DNA of 64,000 bases, from the NCBI GenBank assembly GCA_030390025.1, contig CM059425.1:175710001-175774000 (forward strand), given 5' to 3'. Positions within the stretch are counted from its first letter, which is position 1. Each line of letters opens with the position of its first letter. Under the pieces are notes generated by a model. It was not told the DNA's origin. It made no database searches and saw only the letters and a program-made list of their open reading frames with translations. Positions 62,211 through 64,000 of the stretch are shown piece after piece. This DNA is from Squalus acanthias. Its lineage: Eukaryota. The position numbers and the translations under genes were made by a program.

Positions 62211-63173
62211 AATTACTTCACTAATAACCTGTTATACTTGTCAACAGGGGATATCTTAGGAATTCTCTCGCTTCTAGCAATTGTCAATGGTCAAGTGTGA
62301 TACTTCTGCTTTCACCTCTCTCACTAGTAATATTTTTGATAGTCCAGGATTTAGTGAGTTAATCTGCATGTGTGGCGTATTCTACTTGAATGGATTTACC
62401 TATGGTACCTAAGCTCACCATAGAATTTTGAAGGAGTATGGTCAGCAGCACTGGAATAAACTAGAACGTCTGAAATATCATTAGCAATGCCATTTCTCAC
62501 AGTCAAACTTCATTATTACATCCACTGGTACATTAGCAAATTGGGTCTCCTGATAAGGTTTCATCTTAATGACATTTGCTCTCCTCTGTTTGTTAAAATG
62601 GAACGATAGCAGGGCTGATGATAAACAACTGATCATTTATCCTATTGCTGTTTGTGTGATTTTGCTGTGTGCAAAACAGCTGCCACATTTTGCCGACATA
62701 GCAGTCTCTGCATTTCATCATTTATTGCACGTGGAGTATTTTGAGACATTTGATGCATTATATAAATGCAAGTTCTTTTCTTTCCTTCAATTTGTTATGA
62801 CTACAGATTTAAGATTCGGCCCCATCGTCGCTGCTGAGCTGATGGGCAGGAATTTAGTAGCCGTACAGATTTAAGATAACACAAGGCCCAATGTTAAAAA
62901 CTTTACAATGATGCCAGTACATGTCTGAAACATCTATAAGATGTCATGGAACTGCGCACAGTGGGGATAATTTTCTGGTGAGGTTCCCTGCCACTGGTGC
63001 TTACTTGGAAAAGGAGCCCCAGTGTGAGCAAATGGATGCGTTTCCTTCTAAATCGGAGCATTTCCTCCTTCACAAATCAAATTTCCTCCCAAATCCTACA
63101 CAGAGGAGAAAATGAACTACCCCAAGTTTTACTGCCCTAATGTGACTGAAGAATTGAATCTCAGCATTATTAT

Positions 63174-63938
63174 GGGCCAAAATTTTGGCCCTTGCCGGGT
63201 GAGTACGCACTGTGTACTCACCTGTAAGGCGTCCTGAAGTGCTGGTTTCCTGCATGCACTGTGCATGCGCGGGAAACCGGAACTTCCGGTCTGGTGAAGG
63301 GAGCGGTTCAGAGGTGAACCGCGTGCGCGGTAGAGGCTGCGCGCACGCAGCAAACTTAGGTTTTTTTCAGGTTTCTCCGGGAGGGTAAGTATGGAAGAAG
63401 CTGCGCTTTTAAAAAGGAGGCGCAAGACTCGTTTTCAACAAGGTAAGTGGTTAATTAATTACAATTTAAAATTTTTTTCAACAGTTTTATCTTTTTTAGA
63501 TACTTTAAAGAAAGGTAAGTTTATTTTTAGCACTGTTAAAAAGTATTTTAATTTTTTCAAAAATTTTAATTTTTGTTTAAAGTAGTTAATTTACTTAACT
63601 TATAGTTATTTTAAAAATGTGATGTTTTTTTTAAAAATTTATTTGAAGTTTAGGTGTTGTTTTGGGGCCGATTTCAATTCATAGATTTGACAGGTCTTCC
63701 TGTCAAATCTATGAATGAAAGATGGTCTGCTGCCATTGGCTCTCCATGGCCCACGTGATCCCAGGGGACGCATCGCACTAACTACTCCCCTGGGACACGC
63801 AAGCACTGTGCGCCGGCAGTTGGAGGAGGCCCAGGAGCTGAAGTCCCCGTGGGCCCAGAGGTCAACGGCAGGTGCGGTAGGTAGGTGCGCGCGCGATCCT
63901 TGCACCCGCGGGAAGCCAGGGAGACGAATTTCTGGGCC
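63174..63938. mobile_element. Probable MITE related to the 511-697 family
   Basis: Right end GAGACGAATTTCTGGGCC is the reverse complement of the 511 terminus apart from one base; GC-rich subterminal regions with an AT-rich core. Confidence 0.55.
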
Positions 63939-64000
63939 AAGGTTTCCAGGTCACAGGTTGTCCCCTACCTGTAAGGAAAATCACTCTCTGATGCTGTTCT

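Overview
Vertebrate DNA, very probably from a cartilaginous fish (inferred from its V-SINE, Deu-like SINE, CR1, Penelope and Harbinger content). The window is almost entirely nested transposable elements, and no host protein-coding gene could be supported. The main feature is a ~5.8 kb fragment of an envelope-bearing LTR retroelement (4758-10593) inside an L2/CR1-group LINE. In order it holds an integrase C-terminus with an acidic/Pro-rich tail, a 783-codon F-type (class I fusion) env, a PPT, a 1670-bp TG..CA LTR and an 18-nt tRNA-Arg PBS. The env has a signal peptide, an apparent immunoglobulin domain, a furin site, heptads, a TM segment and one premature stop. The insert ends exactly at the last base of the PBS with no TSD, which is the shape of a captured reverse-transcription intermediate rather than a normal provirus. 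Other notable items: a single-ORF LINE with a tRNA/SINE-like 5' end; a near-intact two-gene Harbinger transposon with many derivatives and MITEs, three of them in CR1 tail repeats; palindromic Penelope insertions with hammerhead motifs and 12-bp TSDs; a 5'-inverted RTE; a degenerate Gypsy pol; and a 28-bp minisatellite. All family assignments come from motif recognition by eye, with no database search.
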